From contig CAWEOA010000002.1 of assembly GCA_963810615.1 (NCBI GenBank), forward strand, positions 654,515-718,514: DNA of 64,000 nucleotides. Direction: 5' to 3'. Shown here piece by piece: positions 53,524 through 64,000 of this stretch (position 1 is its first letter; each line of letters starts with the position of its first letter). The notes beneath the pieces were generated by a model that saw nothing but the letters and a program-made list of their open reading frames with translations, ran no database searches and had not been told where the DNA came from. This DNA comes from an uncultured Gammaproteobacteria bacterium (GTDB taxonomy: Bacteria; Pseudomonadota; Gammaproteobacteria; DRLM01). The position numbers were made by a program, and so were the translations under genes.

Positions 53524-54726
53524 CTATACCTGCAGCAATAAGCGCGCCGGATCCTCCAGCATGTCCTTGATCGTCACCAAAAACCGTACCGCATCATGCC
53601 CGTCGACCAAACGGTGGTCATAAGAAAGGGCGAGATACATCATGGGTCGCGCCACGATGACGCCGTCTTCCACCACTGGCCGTTCGGCGATTTTATGCAT
53701 GCCGAGAATGGCGCTTTGCGGAGGATTGAGGATAGGCGTCGACAACAATGAACCGAACACCCCGCCATTGGTGATGGAGAAGGTCCCCCCGGTAAGCTCC
53801 TCCATGGTGAGCTTACCGTCGCGGGCGCGGCCGGCATAATCGCTGACCGCCTGCTCCAGCTCGGCGAAAGTCTGGACATCGGCATCGCGAAGTATGGGCA
53901 CGACCAGACCCCGCGGGGTGCTCACCGCGACGCCGACATCGAAATAATTGTGATAGATGATATCGCCGCCGTCTATGGAGGCATTGACCACCGGAAATTG
54001 TTTCAAGGCTTCCACGGTAGCCTTGATGAAGAACGACATGAAACCCAGCTTGATGCCGTACTTCTTCTGAAAGTGTTCCTGGTAACGACCGCGCATCTGC
54101 ATCAGCGGCTGCATGTTCACCTCGTTGAAGGTGGTCAACATGGCGGCGGAATGCTGCGCCTCCACCAGGCGTTCGGCGATACGACTGCGCAGGCGCGTCA
54201 TGGCGACGCGATTGTCTCTCCGATTATCGTTGTCCAACTGCACTGTCACACAGCCTTCCTCACCTGGCTCCGGCTGCTGCTCCAAGTGACGCAAGACATC
54301 GCCTTTAGTGAGGCGACCGCCCTTGCCTGTACCGGAAATCTGCTGGGGATCCACCTGATGTTCCGCCACCAGCTTACGCACCGCCGGACTGAGTTCGGCG
54401 GGCGCCGCAGTAGTTGCAGCGGCGGGTTTCGCCGCGGTCAACGCCGCGGCTTGCACAGTGCTATTACTCTGTTCCGCAACCGCCACTCCCGAGGTATCTA
54501 TCACCGCAACGACTTCACCGCTCTTGACCGTGGTTCCATCCGGATGCTTGATATCGGTAAGTACGCCGTCCTGCGGCGCCGGGATTTCAAGCACGACCTT
54601 ATCCGTCTCCAGATCCACCAGATTCTCATCGCGGCGCACCGCGGCACCGGACCGTTTATGCCACTTGGACAATGTCCCGTCCGCGACGGATTCGGGCAAC
54701 ACCGGCACTTTCACCTCAATCAACAT
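53524..54726 (-). CDS. sucB: dihydrolipoyllysine-residue succinyltransferase (E2 of 2-oxoglutarate dehydrogenase)
   Basis: It has the lipoyl domain [13 protein letters not shown], an Ala/Pro linker and the catalytic DHRLVDG motif. Confidence 0.92.
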   Translation of the reverse strand: MLIEVKVPVLPESVADGTLSKWHKRSGAAVRRDENLVDLETDKVVLEIPAPQDGVLTDIKHPDGTTVKSGEVVAVIDTSGVAVAEQSNSTVQAAALTAAKPAAATTAAPAELSPAVRKLVAEHQVDPQQISGTGKGGRLTKGDVLRHLEQQPEPGEEGCVTVQLDNDNRRDNRVAMTRLRSRIAERLVEAQHSAAMLTTFNEVNMQPLMQMRGRYQEHFQKKYGIKLGFMSFFIKATVEALKQFPVVNASIDGGDIIYHNYFDVGVAVSTPRGLVVPILRDADVQTFAELEQAVSDYAGRARDGKLTMEELTGGTFSITNGGVFGSLLSTPILNPPQSAILGMHKIAERPVVEDGVIVARPMMYLALSYDHRLVDGHDAVRFLVTIKDMLEDPARLLLQV

Positions 54727-54743
54727 AATCAGCTCCCTGCTCT

Positions 54744-57581
54744 TTATGCTATGCGCATTTTGCCTTTTTGTGCGTTGACGCGCTCACCTAAGGCGGCTGC
54801 AATGAGCGTGGACTGCGCCGCCTTATGCCTTGCCAAGGAACCTTCCGCCGGGGCGGCATAGGCGGGGCGACCGGCATAATGCAAGACCTGGCCTGTCTTT
54901 AAGTAGCCCTGCAAATACGGCTGCATATAGCGCCATGCCCCTTGATTCTCAGGCTCTTCCTGACACCATACGACATCTTTCACTAAGGGATAGCGCAGCA
55001 ATTCCTGCCCCAATGATTCCCGGGGAAAGGGGTTCAATTGTTCGATGCGAATGATGGCGGTGTCTACGCGCTGCTCCTCCCGCCTTTGTTCCAGCAGATC
55101 GAAATACACTTTACCGCCGCAGACTATCACCCTGCGTACATCTCTATCCTTGAGGCCATCCACCTCGCCGATGACCGCTTTAAAGCAACCGTCAACCAGA
55201 TCGGACAAGCTGGAAACAGAAAGCCGGTGGCGTAGTAGGCTCTTGGGCGACATGACGATCAGGGGTTTGCGATATTGACGCAAGGCTTGGCGCCGCAACA
55301 TATGAAACATCTGCGCCGGCGTCGTGGGCGTGCACACCTGGATATTGTCACCGGCGCACAACTGTAAGAAGCGCTCCAAGCGCGCCGAGGAATGTTCCGG
55401 CCCCTGACCATCGTAACCGTGGGGCAGCATGACCACCAATCCCGCCAGACGATTCCATTTCACTTCGCCTGAGCTGATAAATTGATCGATCACCACCTGG
55501 GCATTATTGGCAAAATCGCCGAACTGCGCCTCCCAAATCACCAAACCCTCCGGCGCGGCGGTGGCGTATCCGTATTCGAATCCCAACACTGCTTCTTCGG
55601 AGAGCAATGAGTCGATTACTGTAAATCCGGCCTGCTTGTCGGATAAATGTTGCAGAGGAATATAGTTCTCGACATCGCGCTGGTTATGCCACACGGCGTG
55701 ACGGTGAAAGAAGGTGCCGCGACCGCTGTCTTGCCCGGACAGCCGCACGGGATAGCCGGCATGCAACAAGGTGGCATAGGCCATGATCTCGGTGAAACCC
55801 CAATCCATGGGATGTCGGTCCGCGGCCATCTCCCGCCGGGCTTCGTTGATCTTGATCAACTGCGGATGGAGTTCGAAATTCTCGGGCACTCGAGTCAAGC
55901 GGCCCGCCAGTTCTTTAATCAAGTCCGAAGACACTTTGTCGTCGACGCTATCCGTCCATGACCCGTTGACATAGGGCGCCCAGCCCCGTGAATACTTGCC
56001 TTCGCCGTCTTTGACGATATTGCGCGCCACAACGTCACCCTCGTCCAGAGCGGCGTGGTAATCCCCGGCCATGGCGTCGAAATCCTCCATAGTAATGACG
56101 CCGTCCGCAATCAAACGATCGGCATACAAGCGGGGAACGCGGGGATGATTGCGGATCGCATGATACATCTGCGGCTGGGTAACAGCGGGCTCATCGGCCT
56201 CGCTGTGGCCGTGCCGCCGGTAACACACCAAATCAATCACGACATCGCGCTTGAACTCCATACGAAAATCCAAGGCAAGCTGCGTCACCCATACCACCGC
56301 CTGCGGATCATCGCCGTTGACGTGAAAAATGGGGGCCTGCACCATGCGCGCTACTTCGGTGCAATACAGGGTGGAGCGGGCATCAAGGGGATTGCTGGTG
56401 GTAAAACCGATCTGATTGTTCACCACGATGTGCAGAGTGCCTTGCGTGCTGTAGCCTCGCGCCTGCGACATATTAAACGTCTCCATCACCACGCCCTGCC
56501 CGGCGAAAGCGGCGTCGCCGTGGATCAACACGGGTAATACCTGTTCGCCCAGACTGTCCTTGCGCCGGTCCTGGCGCGCACGCACCGAGCCCTCCACTAC
56601 CGGAGAGATGATCTCCAGGTGAGAAGGATTGAAGGCCAGCGCCAGATGCACCGGACCGCCGGGGGTTTCGATGTCCGAGGAAAATCCCTGGTGATACTTG
56701 ACGTCGCCCAGCCCTTGGCCTTGACTGTCATATTTCCCTTCGAACTCGCGAAACAGCTCCTTGGTGCCCTTTCCGAGGACGTTCACCAAGACGTTGAGGC
56801 GGCCGCGATGGGCCATACCCAATACGATTTCCTGCACCTTGCGGGTGCCGGCGCGGCGAATCAGCTCATCGAGCAAGGGGATGAGACTCTCTCCGCCCTC
56901 CAGGGAAAAGCGCTTTTGCCCAACGTATTTGGTATGGAGATATTGTTCCAGACCCTCGGCGGCAATCACCCGCTCCAGGATCTGGCGGCGGAACTCCGGG
57001 GCAAATTGCACTCGGCTGCGCACGTCTTCCAGCTTGCGTTGAATCCAGCGCTTCTGATTGGTATCGCTGATGTGCATGTATTCGGCGCCCACATGCCTGC
57101 AATAGGCCTCGCGGAGAATGGTGACGATCTCCGCCAGCGGCGCCTGCGGCGTGCCGATCAGGGAACCGGTGCTGAACACGGTATCCATGTCCGCGTCGGT
57201 CAAACAGTGAAATCCCGGATCCAACTCGGCGATCGGCGATTGTTCCTGAATACCCAAAGGATCGAGAATGGCCTGCTGGTGACCGCGGAACCGATAGGCA
57301 TTAATTAGTTGTAAAACAGCCACCTGTTTGCTTGCCGTGGCGGCAACGTTGCCGATTTGCGGCCCGGCGGGAACACGTCGGTGCTGCGCCTGGGCGACCA
57401 GGGCGTCACGGATCACCTCATGGTCCATGTCGATTAAGTCGGCCTGACCGGAATTCAAAGACTGAAAATAAGCGCGCCAATCATCGCTGATCGAACTGGG
57501 ATCCTGTAGGAAACGCTGGTACAATTCTTCGAGGAAAGGGGCGTTGCCGCCGTAGAGAAGGCTGTCTGGTTGCTCCGCCAT
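54744..57581 (-). CDS. sucA: 2-oxoglutarate dehydrogenase E1 component
   Basis: It is a 945-aa thiamine-diphosphate enzyme with a conserved N-terminal [21 protein letters not shown] start. Confidence 0.95.
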   Translation of the reverse strand: MAEQPDSLLYGGNAPFLEELYQRFLQDPSSISDDWRAYFQSLNSGQADLIDMDHEVIRDALVAQAQHRRVPAGPQIGNVAATASKQVAVLQLINAYRFRGHQQAILDPLGIQEQSPIAELDPGFHCLTDADMDTVFSTGSLIGTPQAPLAEIVTILREAYCRHVGAEYMHISDTNQKRWIQRKLEDVRSRVQFAPEFRRQILERVIAAEGLEQYLHTKYVGQKRFSLEGGESLIPLLDELIRRAGTRKVQEIVLGMAHRGRLNVLVNVLGKGTKELFREFEGKYDSQGQGLGDVKYHQGFSSDIETPGGPVHLALAFNPSHLEIISPVVEGSVRARQDRRKDSLGEQVLPVLIHGDAAFAGQGVVMETFNMSQARGYSTQGTLHIVVNNQIGFTTSNPLDARSTLYCTEVARMVQAPIFHVNGDDPQAVVWVTQLALDFRMEFKRDVVIDLVCYRRHGHSEADEPAVTQPQMYHAIRNHPRVPRLYADRLIADGVITMEDFDAMAGDYHAALDEGDVVARNIVKDGEGKYSRGWAPYVNGSWTDSVDDKVSSDLIKELAGRLTRVPENFELHPQLIKINEARREMAADRHPMDWGFTEIMAYATLLHAGYPVRLSGQDSGRGTFFHRHAVWHNQRDVENYIPLQHLSDKQAGFTVIDSLLSEEAVLGFEYGYATAAPEGLVIWEAQFGDFANNAQVVIDQFISSGEVKWNRLAGLVVMLPHGYDGQGPEHSSARLERFLQLCAGDNIQVCTPTTPAQMFHMLRRQALRQYRKPLIVMSPKSLLRHRLSVSSLSDLVDGCFKAVIGEVDGLKDRDVRRVIVCGGKVYFDLLEQRREEQRVDTAIIRIEQLNPFPRESLGQELLRYPLVKDVVWCQEEPENQGAWRYMQPYLQGYLKTGQVLHYAGRPAYAAPAEGSLARHKAAQSTLIAAALGERVNAQKGKMRIA

Positions 57582-58013
57582 GTTATCGCTAAACCATCTT
57601 GGTTATTAATTCCCTGAGTAATTTGTCGCCCATTTTGCCCACAACTTTAGAACCGCCACTGCGAACATCGCCGCCTCCGATCCGGATAAACTAAGCGGCT
57701 AGCCCTCGCAGGAGAAATACTACCAAGCGGAATAAACGTCAATGGCTTATCATAACGTTGATATTAGCACTTGGGCGAAAATTTGGTCCCGGGAAATGCT
57801 CACCTGCTTAATTGACACTCAAGTCTGGTGAAAATTCGCCGACTGTATAGGCCAGAGTTACGGTGGTGTGTGGTAGTTGAACGTATGCTGTTCTACACCA
57901 TCCAATACTCTATAAATGTATGTAACAATATTTCGCCAAAGATCAACCGCGCAAATTGTGAACTCATTCATAGCTGTACCATGCTTTAATCTGTAGGATA
58001 GCCTTTAAAATAC

Positions 58014-58310
58014 ATGAACATAGCAACCCATAAACTCATCATCGAAGGTGTCCGGGAAGACGGTAGCCGCTTTCGACCCAGCGATTGGATCGAGCGGATT
58101 TCCGCCACACTCGCCACCTTTGGACCGGATCATCGCCTGCGCTACGCCCGTAGCGTTCAACCCAAGATCATCAACGGGCAGAAATGCCTGGTGCTCGACG
58201 CGTCTCTGCGTGATGAAAATCCCGCCGCCTATGAATATGTGCTCGCCTTCGCAAAGGCCAACCAGCTGCGGATTCAGGAAATCAACGCACCCTTGGAGGG
58301 CGTAGGTTAA
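58014..58310 (+). CDS. DUF3579-like small conserved protein
   Basis: The 98-aa ORF has a good coding signature. The family name is recalled from memory, not verified. Confidence 0.5.
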   Translation: MNIATHKLIIEGVREDGSRFRPSDWIERISATLATFGPDHRLRYARSVQPKIINGQKCLVLDASLRDENPAAYEYVLAFAKANQLRIQEINAPLEGVG

Positions 58311-58336
58311 CACCTCCGTTTGCCCAAGGAGCGGGC

Positions 58337-59137
58337 ATGCGCAAATACCACGGCACCGTCATTCATCGCTCTCAAGATAGCCACGGCATTATCGAAGTCG
58401 TGGACGATGGCTACACCCGTTCGATGCATTTTGGCAATGCGACTCGCCAAAGCACTATGGACTTATCCCGCCCGGAATACTTGATTCTAACCTATACCCG
58501 CGCCATGATGAGCAGCCTGCTCTTCGAACCCTCACCGCGCAGGGTGTTGCTGATCGGCTTGGGCGGCGGTTCGCTGGCCAAATTCATTTTGCATCATTTT
58601 CCGCAGTGCAGCATCGATGCAGTCGAGCACCGCGAGCTTGTCGTACAGTTGGCCCGCGATTATTTTTCGCTCCCAGAGGAACATCGCCTGCGCATCCATG
58701 TAGCGGATGGCGCCGAATTCGCGCCACACCAAGCGCTTAGCTCTCCGGGCAATTACGACCTTATCCTGATCGACGCCTACAACGACGTGGGCATGGATGA
58801 CAACATGGCGGAACAGCTATTCCTTCAGGCCTGTCACAACCTGTTAAGTGCCGATGGCCTATTGGCCATTAACTTATGGGGTCGTGATGAACCCCGTTAC
58901 AGCCGGGCACAAGGAACATTACAGCGCTGTTTTTCCGCCGAACCCTTATTGCTGCCGGCTGAAGGCACCACCAACATCATCGCCATGGCATTGCGTCGGG
59001 CAAACTATAAAAAACCATTGAAAACCATGAAAGCACGCGCCAAGCTCTTGGAAGAACGAACGGGCGTGGAGTTGGTGAGGTTTTCCCGAACCTTACGCAA
59101 GCAATACGGCTCTCTGCTAAGTAGAATTTTATTCTAA
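58337..59137 (+). CDS. spermidine-synthase-like SAM-dependent transferase (PABS fold)
   Basis: It has the Rossmann motif VLLIGLGGG and the spacing DAVE...IHVADGAEF...YDLILID characteristic of aminopropyltransferase-like proteins. Confidence 0.7.
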   Translation: MRKYHGTVIHRSQDSHGIIEVVDDGYTRSMHFGNATRQSTMDLSRPEYLILTYTRAMMSSLLFEPSPRRVLLIGLGGGSLAKFILHHFPQCSIDAVEHRELVVQLARDYFSLPEEHRLRIHVADGAEFAPHQALSSPGNYDLILIDAYNDVGMDDNMAEQLFLQACHNLLSADGLLAINLWGRDEPRYSRAQGTLQRCFSAEPLLLPAEGTTNIIAMALRRANYKKPLKTMKARAKLLEERTGVELVRFSRTLRKQYGSLLSRILF

Positions 59138-59422
59138 AGCATGCAGTTAACAACACTCACATCGCGGCAGACCATGACAATAAAAACTGCGCCATTCTCT
59201 CCGGCATCGAACTCAACAGTTTTATCATGATCGAGCTTGCGGCCCTCTCATAAAAAAATATCCGATTCGCGGACCAGGCGGCATATTTAGTGTGAACACC
59301 GTCACAGATGCCCCTCAAAGTCTCTATTAATCTTCCGACATCTCTAAACGAGAACAGCGGGTTCTGCGACAGAAGGCAAAACAGCCTCGGCACCCGCCAA
59401 GCGGCATCCCTAATCCAGGAAG

Positions 59423-61237
59423 ATGGTCACCATGAATGCATCGACACAGGCTATCGACGATACTCTTTTCAAGAGTTTTACGCCTTTAAGCTCCTTAGAC
59501 AATCACACGCTCGAGAAGCTGGCTCGACACGCAGTCATCAGACGCATAGATGCCGGCAATTTTCTATTTGAACGAGGGGATACGACACCGCAAACCCTGT
59601 TTTTATTGGAGGGAGAGATTGAGCTGTGCTCTCCTGTTTTCCCCACGCAAAAAGTGACCACGGGCTCCGACGCCGGGCGCTATCCGTTGGCCCATTCATT
59701 CCCAAGACAATTCACGGCACTGACGGTAACTGATGTCCGCGTATTGATCCTGCCTCTGGATATTTTGGAAGTCATGCCCGTCGATACCGCCCAAACAAAA
59801 TCGGTATCCAATGGCGCGGCAAGCGATGTCTGGAAAACCCAATGGCTGAACTCACCCATGCTGAGCAATCTTTCGGCCGCCAACAAAGAAGACCTGTTGT
59901 CGAAGATGGAAGAAATAAAGGCTCAGGCGGGCCAGGTCATCATCCATCAGGAAGAGCCGGCGGACAGCTATTTCGTCATTAAAAAGGGTCGCTGCAGCGT
60001 TTCGCGGCGACCCGCTCCCGGCGCCCGCGATGTCAAGCTGGCGGAATTGACGGAAGGCCAGGGTTTCGGCGAAGAAGCGCTGATCACCAATGTCTCGCGC
60101 AATGCCTCGGTAACCATGCTCAGTGATGGCGTCTTGCTGCGTCTTAGAAAGCAAGACTTCATCACCTCATTGGCCAGGCCGCTGCTACATCACCTGCCCT
60201 TTCAGAATGCCATCGAGCTGGTAGAACAAGGCGCGGTGCTGATCGACGTCAGGGCCCCCGAGGAATTTGAAATCGACGGACTGATTGGCAGCCTCAACAT
60301 GCCGCTCCCCGTACTGCGATTGAAGGCCAATCGCCTTCACCGCGACTGCACTTATATCGTCTATTCCAATACCGGCCATTTCAGCTCTGTTGCTGCATTC
60401 CTTTTGATCCAACAAGGACTCAAGGCCTACGTTTTACAGGGCGGCCTCAGCACCGCGCCTAAATATCGCATGAAGCGTGGAGCCTTCAATGATCATGAAT
60501 CGCAGCATTACGACACCCACGGCTCGTCAAAAACGGTATTGCCGTTTCCTAACGGTAACGACGTCCACCATGGCAATTCCGCCAAGAAGCAGCAGCAAAC
60601 CCAGGTAGATTGGAATCTCATTTCCGACGACGTGTTGTGGCGCACAACCATCGGCCATCGCCAAGATGACAGTGTAGAGGCGGCACTAGCGGCCAAACCA
60701 GCCAAAGATACGCGGCCACCTGCCGACCCGACTTTACAGGGCTTTGATGATATAAGGCTTTTTACAACCATCCATCCCGTACAGGATATGAAAATCGGGG
60801 ATGCCGATGAATCGCAACCCATAGCTGGATATTCACAACCCGACACTACTCCTAACAGCCATCCCGCCAAGACATTTAACCAGCGCCACTCGGAAACGCA
60901 ACACTGGAGCGACAAACCCTACCAACGCTCATCAAAACGCCCGATATTTACACTACTGACCATCCTCCTGGCACTGAGTGGCGGCGTAGGCTATTGGTAT
61001 TTCACCACCGGATCCTTACCGACCAAGCTCAATGAGGCGTCACCGCTCCTTCTTGAACAGCAACGCAAACTAGATGCCAAGGTAACACGCCTTCTGGATG
61101 CCATCGCATCCATGCCGGCCCTTCAACACCGACCCAAGGAATCAAATGAGCCTGAAATCCCATCTTCGCCGCCGGTAAGCGATAGTAAGATCGAACCATC
61201 TGCCGTCATTGCGCAGGGTCAGATACTTCGCAAGTAA
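59423..61237 (+). CDS. multidomain protein: two cyclic-nucleotide-binding domains, a rhodanese domain and a C-terminal TM helix
   Basis: It has cNMP-like FxxGDxxxxLFLLEGEIEL and GFGEEALIT...A blocks. A rhodanese motif follows (LIDVRAPEEF...YIVYSNTGHFS), then a Pro/Gln-rich region and a hydrophobic helix (FTLLTILLALSGGVGYWYF). Confidence 0.75.
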   Translation: MVTMNASTQAIDDTLFKSFTPLSSLDNHTLEKLARHAVIRRIDAGNFLFERGDTTPQTLFLLEGEIELCSPVFPTQKVTTGSDAGRYPLAHSFPRQFTALTVTDVRVLILPLDILEVMPVDTAQTKSVSNGAASDVWKTQWLNSPMLSNLSAANKEDLLSKMEEIKAQAGQVIIHQEEPADSYFVIKKGRCSVSRRPAPGARDVKLAELTEGQGFGEEALITNVSRNASVTMLSDGVLLRLRKQDFITSLARPLLHHLPFQNAIELVEQGAVLIDVRAPEEFEIDGLIGSLNMPLPVLRLKANRLHRDCTYIVYSNTGHFSSVAAFLLIQQGLKAYVLQGGLSTAPKYRMKRGAFNDHESQHYDTHGSSKTVLPFPNGNDVHHGNSAKKQQQTQVDWNLISDDVLWRTTIGHRQDDSVEAALAAKPAKDTRPPADPTLQGFDDIRLFTTIHPVQDMKIGDADESQPIAGYSQPDTTPNSHPAKTFNQRHSETQHWSDKPYQRSSKRPIFTLLTILLALSGGVGYWYFTTGSLPTKLNEASPLLLEQQRKLDAKVTRLLDAIASMPALQHRPKESNEPEIPSSPPVSDSKIEPSAVIAQGQILRK

Positions 61238-61597
61238 CACAGTGTTCTATTCAGTGCCACCTATCGACTGATTTTTAACCGCTGCGGTCTATGCATGTTC
61301 AACATGCGCGACAGTTATGGACTATATTTAAAAATGAAGTTTAACTTCAAAGATGGTAGCGGCAAGAAGTTACAGGCATATATCTGCTGCAATATTCAGT
61401 CCACCATTCACTTTTTGATCTGACAGGAACTGTCTTTGACCGAATAGGTCAAATCGCTAGATTGCTGACCCAGGAATAATGTCAGCCTTCTTTGGCTAAC
61501 CGCAGGAATATATCTCCATGGAACGCTTGGCTACGGCACTCCGCTTTCGCGATACGTCATTAGTTTGCGCCCGTGACAAATATTTCCTGTTGTTAGT

Positions 61598-62026
61598 GTG
61601 GGAAATACTAGGGAGCTTATAGTGACCGCACTATCTCCGGCACTGGTAACTCAGCTGAAGCAGCAAACGGAGACCGCCAACATGGAACATCGCTTGAGCT
61701 TACGGACCCCGTTAAGGATGAATGTCGCCATCTACTACAATAGCCTGGGTTTATTGCAGGGTCGTTCTCTAGATGTCAGCCGTCATGGCATGTTTGTGGT
61801 CACCGGTCCAATAATGCTGCCGCTCCATGCAATTGTCGACGTTGCTTTCCCGCTCGAATCCGGCAAACACGGAAAAGTACCGCAGCGAACCCCCGCTATG
61901 GTCGTGCGCGTTGGCAACGAAGGTGTAGGCCTGATGTTCTCTAAGGAATTTGAACCCAATTCCGCTGAATATTTGGAATATGAACAACAAGCTTTTCCGT
62001 ACAGTGTGGATGCATCCACGGGATGA
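61598..62026 (+). CDS. PilZ-domain protein (c-di-GMP binding)
   Basis: It has RxxxR (HRLSLRTPLR) followed by D.S..G (LDVSRHG), which is the PilZ signature. Confidence 0.7.
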   Translation: MGNTRELIVTALSPALVTQLKQQTETANMEHRLSLRTPLRMNVAIYYNSLGLLQGRSLDVSRHGMFVVTGPIMLPLHAIVDVAFPLESGKHGKVPQRTPAMVVRVGNEGVGLMFSKEFEPNSAEYLEYEQQAFPYSVDASTG

Positions 62027-62303
62027 ACTGTTAACGACTGGAAACCTACCACATTTCTGCCAAACCATCGTTTTGCTTAAGGTATTGCCTGAAGAGGAGA
62101 CAGAGCCAAGTTGATTGGCTAGTCCGCAATTTTTTGAAATGACAACCCACCTCTGACTCAAGACAAAATATGCATATCTACCCACCACCACCTGGCCTGA
62201 CGGTGGCTACGTGGATAACAGAACCCCGCCCCACGCCTCGCGCGAGGTAAGAACTGAGAATTCTTCTTTTTGTTGTCTTGGAAGATTAATTTGAAGACGA
62301 CGC

Positions 62304-62411
62304 TTAGCCGCCCCACTCCTTAACCATGTATAAAACCGAAATGACGATCATCAAAATTACAGCGGCTTCGGCAAGATAACTGGAAGGATGTTCAGGAATG
62401 TGCTGTGCCAT
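62304..62411 (-). CDS. 35-aa hydrophobic small protein, paralog A (candidate type I toxin or small membrane protein)
   Basis: A GGAGGAG SD lies 8 nt before the ATG. The product MAQHIPEHPSSYLAEAAVILMIVISVLYMVKEWGG has a single TM helix. Confidence 0.45.
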   Translation of the reverse strand: MAQHIPEHPSSYLAEAAVILMIVISVLYMVKEWGG

Positions 62412-62807
62412 TGTCCATTCTCCTCCAAGCTTGAGAAGTAATTACCACTATATGGGGCCAAGCTCGGCCTGTAATGCCCCATACCCTTCTAAATATAGTC
62501 AGTAATTGGCCTGCTGTTAGGGGATGTAAGACAGATAACAGATATAAGAAGTCGTCAAGAGAAACCGAACTGCGTGCTTTTTTCTAGTGATCGTTGAAAT
62601 ATCGGATTCTATTCAGCAAGGAAGGCCGAGATTGATCACTTAATTACAAATTTGGGCGGGGATGCTTAGAACTCAAGCCCCTAAAGGCTCAAAGCAGAAT
62701 TGTTAAAAAAGATCGGATTGAGTATGAGGCTCCGTAACACGGCGTCAATCAGGACACGGTCAAGAACCTGCTTTTAATATTTTCTGTTACAACACCGTCA
62801 ATTTCTT

Positions 62808-62842
62808 CCCCTCTCCCCCGATTTTAATCGGGGAGAGAGGGG
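62808..62842. repeat. GC-rich imperfect palindrome cccctctcccccg-attttaat-cggggagagagggg
   Basis: It is seen directly in the sequence, between the two small paralogous ORFs. No U-tract follows on either strand. Confidence 0.6.
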
Positions 62843-62886
62843 TATCTGCCTAACTGACAATCATGATTGCTTCACTCAGCTCAAGC

Positions 62887-62994
62887 TTACATCGGGGTCA
62901 TGGTGAACAGGAAAATTACAGCAAGGGCGACAGCCGAGAGCACGAGCAGGCTGGCCAAATAGCTTTCCGTATGTTCAGGCAGTTCTTGATACAT
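62887..62994 (-). CDS. 35-aa hydrophobic small protein, paralog B
   Basis: An AGAGGAGAA SD lies 6 nt before the ATG. The product MYQELPEHTESYLASLLVLSAVALAVIFLFTMTPM shares M.Q..PEH..SYLA with paralog A. Confidence 0.45.
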   Translation of the reverse strand: MYQELPEHTESYLASLLVLSAVALAVIFLFTMTPM

Positions 62995-63309
62995 GATCTT
63001 ATTCTCCTCTGTTGATATGACTCACCCTCTCATGAGATAAGCGTAAAGCGTTTCACTCATGAGTAACCACAATCATAATATGCCTATCCAAATTCTGCTA
63101 GTATCTGTAAGGGTATTTGAGCAAATCAGTAAAGATTTCAACGAAGGAGTTAATGACCCTGCCTTTCCTTTTGCATAAATAAATGCGAGTAGGCCCATGC
63201 CTTGGCGCTAAATAGCATCCAGGACACTTTAATATCTCTAATACGCGAGCGAGTAAGTTTGGACCGCGCTATTGCGCAATATGATTGAAGAAATATTAGG
63301 AAGGGCTAA

Positions 63310-63386
63310 TGGTGGCTACGGGTGGACTCGAACCACCGACCTCAGCATTATGAGTGCCGCGCTCTAACCAGCTGAGCTACGTAGCC
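63310..63386 (-). tRNA. tRNA-Met (anticodon CAU, elongator-like)
   Basis: The reverse complement reads GGCTACGTAGCTCAGCTGGTTAGAGCGCGGCACTCATAATGCTGAGGTCGGTGGTTCGAGTCCACCCGTAGCCACCA. It has a perfect 7-bp acceptor stem, a D-arm, a CAU anticodon, a T-arm GGTGG/CCACC and an encoded CCA, and it closely resembles E. coli metT. Confidence 0.9.
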
Positions 63387-63472
63387 AAAAACTCAGAAAA
63401 ATACCGCCGAAACAAAAAGAGGGCTAATTATAGCCGCGTTCTATATTCTTTTCACTTACCTGTTTGTTCTGC

Positions 63473-64000
63473 CTACACATTAAAGCGGAAATGGATGACA
63501 TCTCCGTCTTTGACCACATAATCCTTGCCTTCCAAACGCCACTTGCCCGCCTCTTTGGCACCCTGTTCGCCGCCGCAGGTCACGAAGTCGTCATAAGCAA
63601 TCACTTCGGCACGGATGAATCCCCTCTCAAAATCGGTGTGAATCACGGCCGCCGCCTGCGGCGCCGTGGCACCGATATGCACCGTCCAGGCACGCACCTC
63701 TTTAACCCCGGCGGTAAAATAGGTCTGCAGCCCCAATAACTTGTAGCCGGCACGGATGACCCGATTGAGGCCGGGCTCGGCCAGACCCAGGTCGGCAAGG
63801 AACTCGCCCTTCTCCTCATCGGGTAATTCCGCAATCTCTGACTCGATGGCGGCGCATATTGGCACCACCTCGGCACCTTCACTTGCAGCCATGGCCTGCA
63901 CCCGATCCAGGTAAGGATTGTTGGAAAAGCCATCCTCGGCGACATTGGCGATGTACATGGTGGGCTTGAGGGTCAGGAGATTGATGTCTCGCAGGGCGCG
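63473..64000 (-). CDS. ychF: ribosome-binding ATPase YchF, C-terminal part (5' end beyond the window)
   Basis: The C-terminal TGS domain ...[36 protein letters not shown]...[12 protein letters not shown] is the conserved YchF C-terminus. The frame stays open to the window edge. Confidence 0.85.
   Translation of the reverse strand, partial: RALRDINLLTLKPTMYIANVAEDGFSNNPYLDRVQAMAASEGAEVVPICAAIESEIAELPDEEKGEFLADLGLAEPGLNRVIRAGYKLLGLQTYFTAGVKEVRAWTVHIGATAPQAAAVIHTDFERGFIRAEVIAYDDFVTCGGEQGAKEAGKWRLEGKDYVVKDGDVIHFRFNV

Noticed and set aside
62808-62842. Hairpin as a rho-independent terminator
   Set aside because: It has a GC-rich stem but no downstream U-tract on either strand, so it is kept only as an imperfect palindrome.

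Overview
This window is a high-GC (~62 % by eye) chromosomal segment that looks gammaproteobacterial, judged from gene content and tightly packed operons. Core genes include a partial pfkB kinase, a yadGH-like ABC exporter, a response regulator built from tandem receiver domains, an MFS transporter, a pentapeptide-repeat protein, a beta-CASP MBL hydrolase, hrpA, yqjG, two tandem TPR-sulfotransferase paralogs, mazG and an AGCS symporter. They continue with a tetraheme cytochrome c carrying an extra N-terminal domain, a 572-aa orphan protein, an outer-membrane beta-barrel protein, sfsA and an isoaspartyl peptidase. Further on are a hypA-hypF-hypC-hypD-hypE cluster lying directly after petABC (bc1 complex) on the same strand, and a full iscR-sufBCDS-sufU-sufT-Rieske operon. 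The segment ends with a hemD-like gene, an HDOD protein, lpdA-sucB-sucA, DUF3579, a spermidine-synthase-like gene, a cNMP-binding/rhodanese protein, a PilZ protein, tRNA-Met(CAU) and the 3' end of ychF. Between the isoaspartyl peptidase gene and hypE (about 25.06-34.9 kb) lies a clearly lower-GC accessory island. It carries a short tyrosine recombinase plus a frameshifted partial duplicate, and two PEP-CTERM proteins, one of which has four 57-aa tandem repeats. It also holds an RsgA-like GTPase cut off exactly at its G3 motif and followed immediately by a CPBP/Abi intramembrane protease gene, and a tandem pair of SpoIIAA-like (STAS-fold) paralogs that share a duplicated promoter. A ~85-nt conserved non-coding element follows two of the island ORFs and recurs next to the recombinase start, which suggests cassette-like recombination sites. 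Other points of interest are a (CAGCGGT)5(CAGCGAT)4 microsatellite with a perfect 28-bp palindrome between convergent genes, and two paralogous 35-aa hydrophobic ORFs with strong Shine-Dalgarno (SD) sequences beside the tRNA-Met gene. All calls rest on reading the translations and the sequence directly; no database searches were run.
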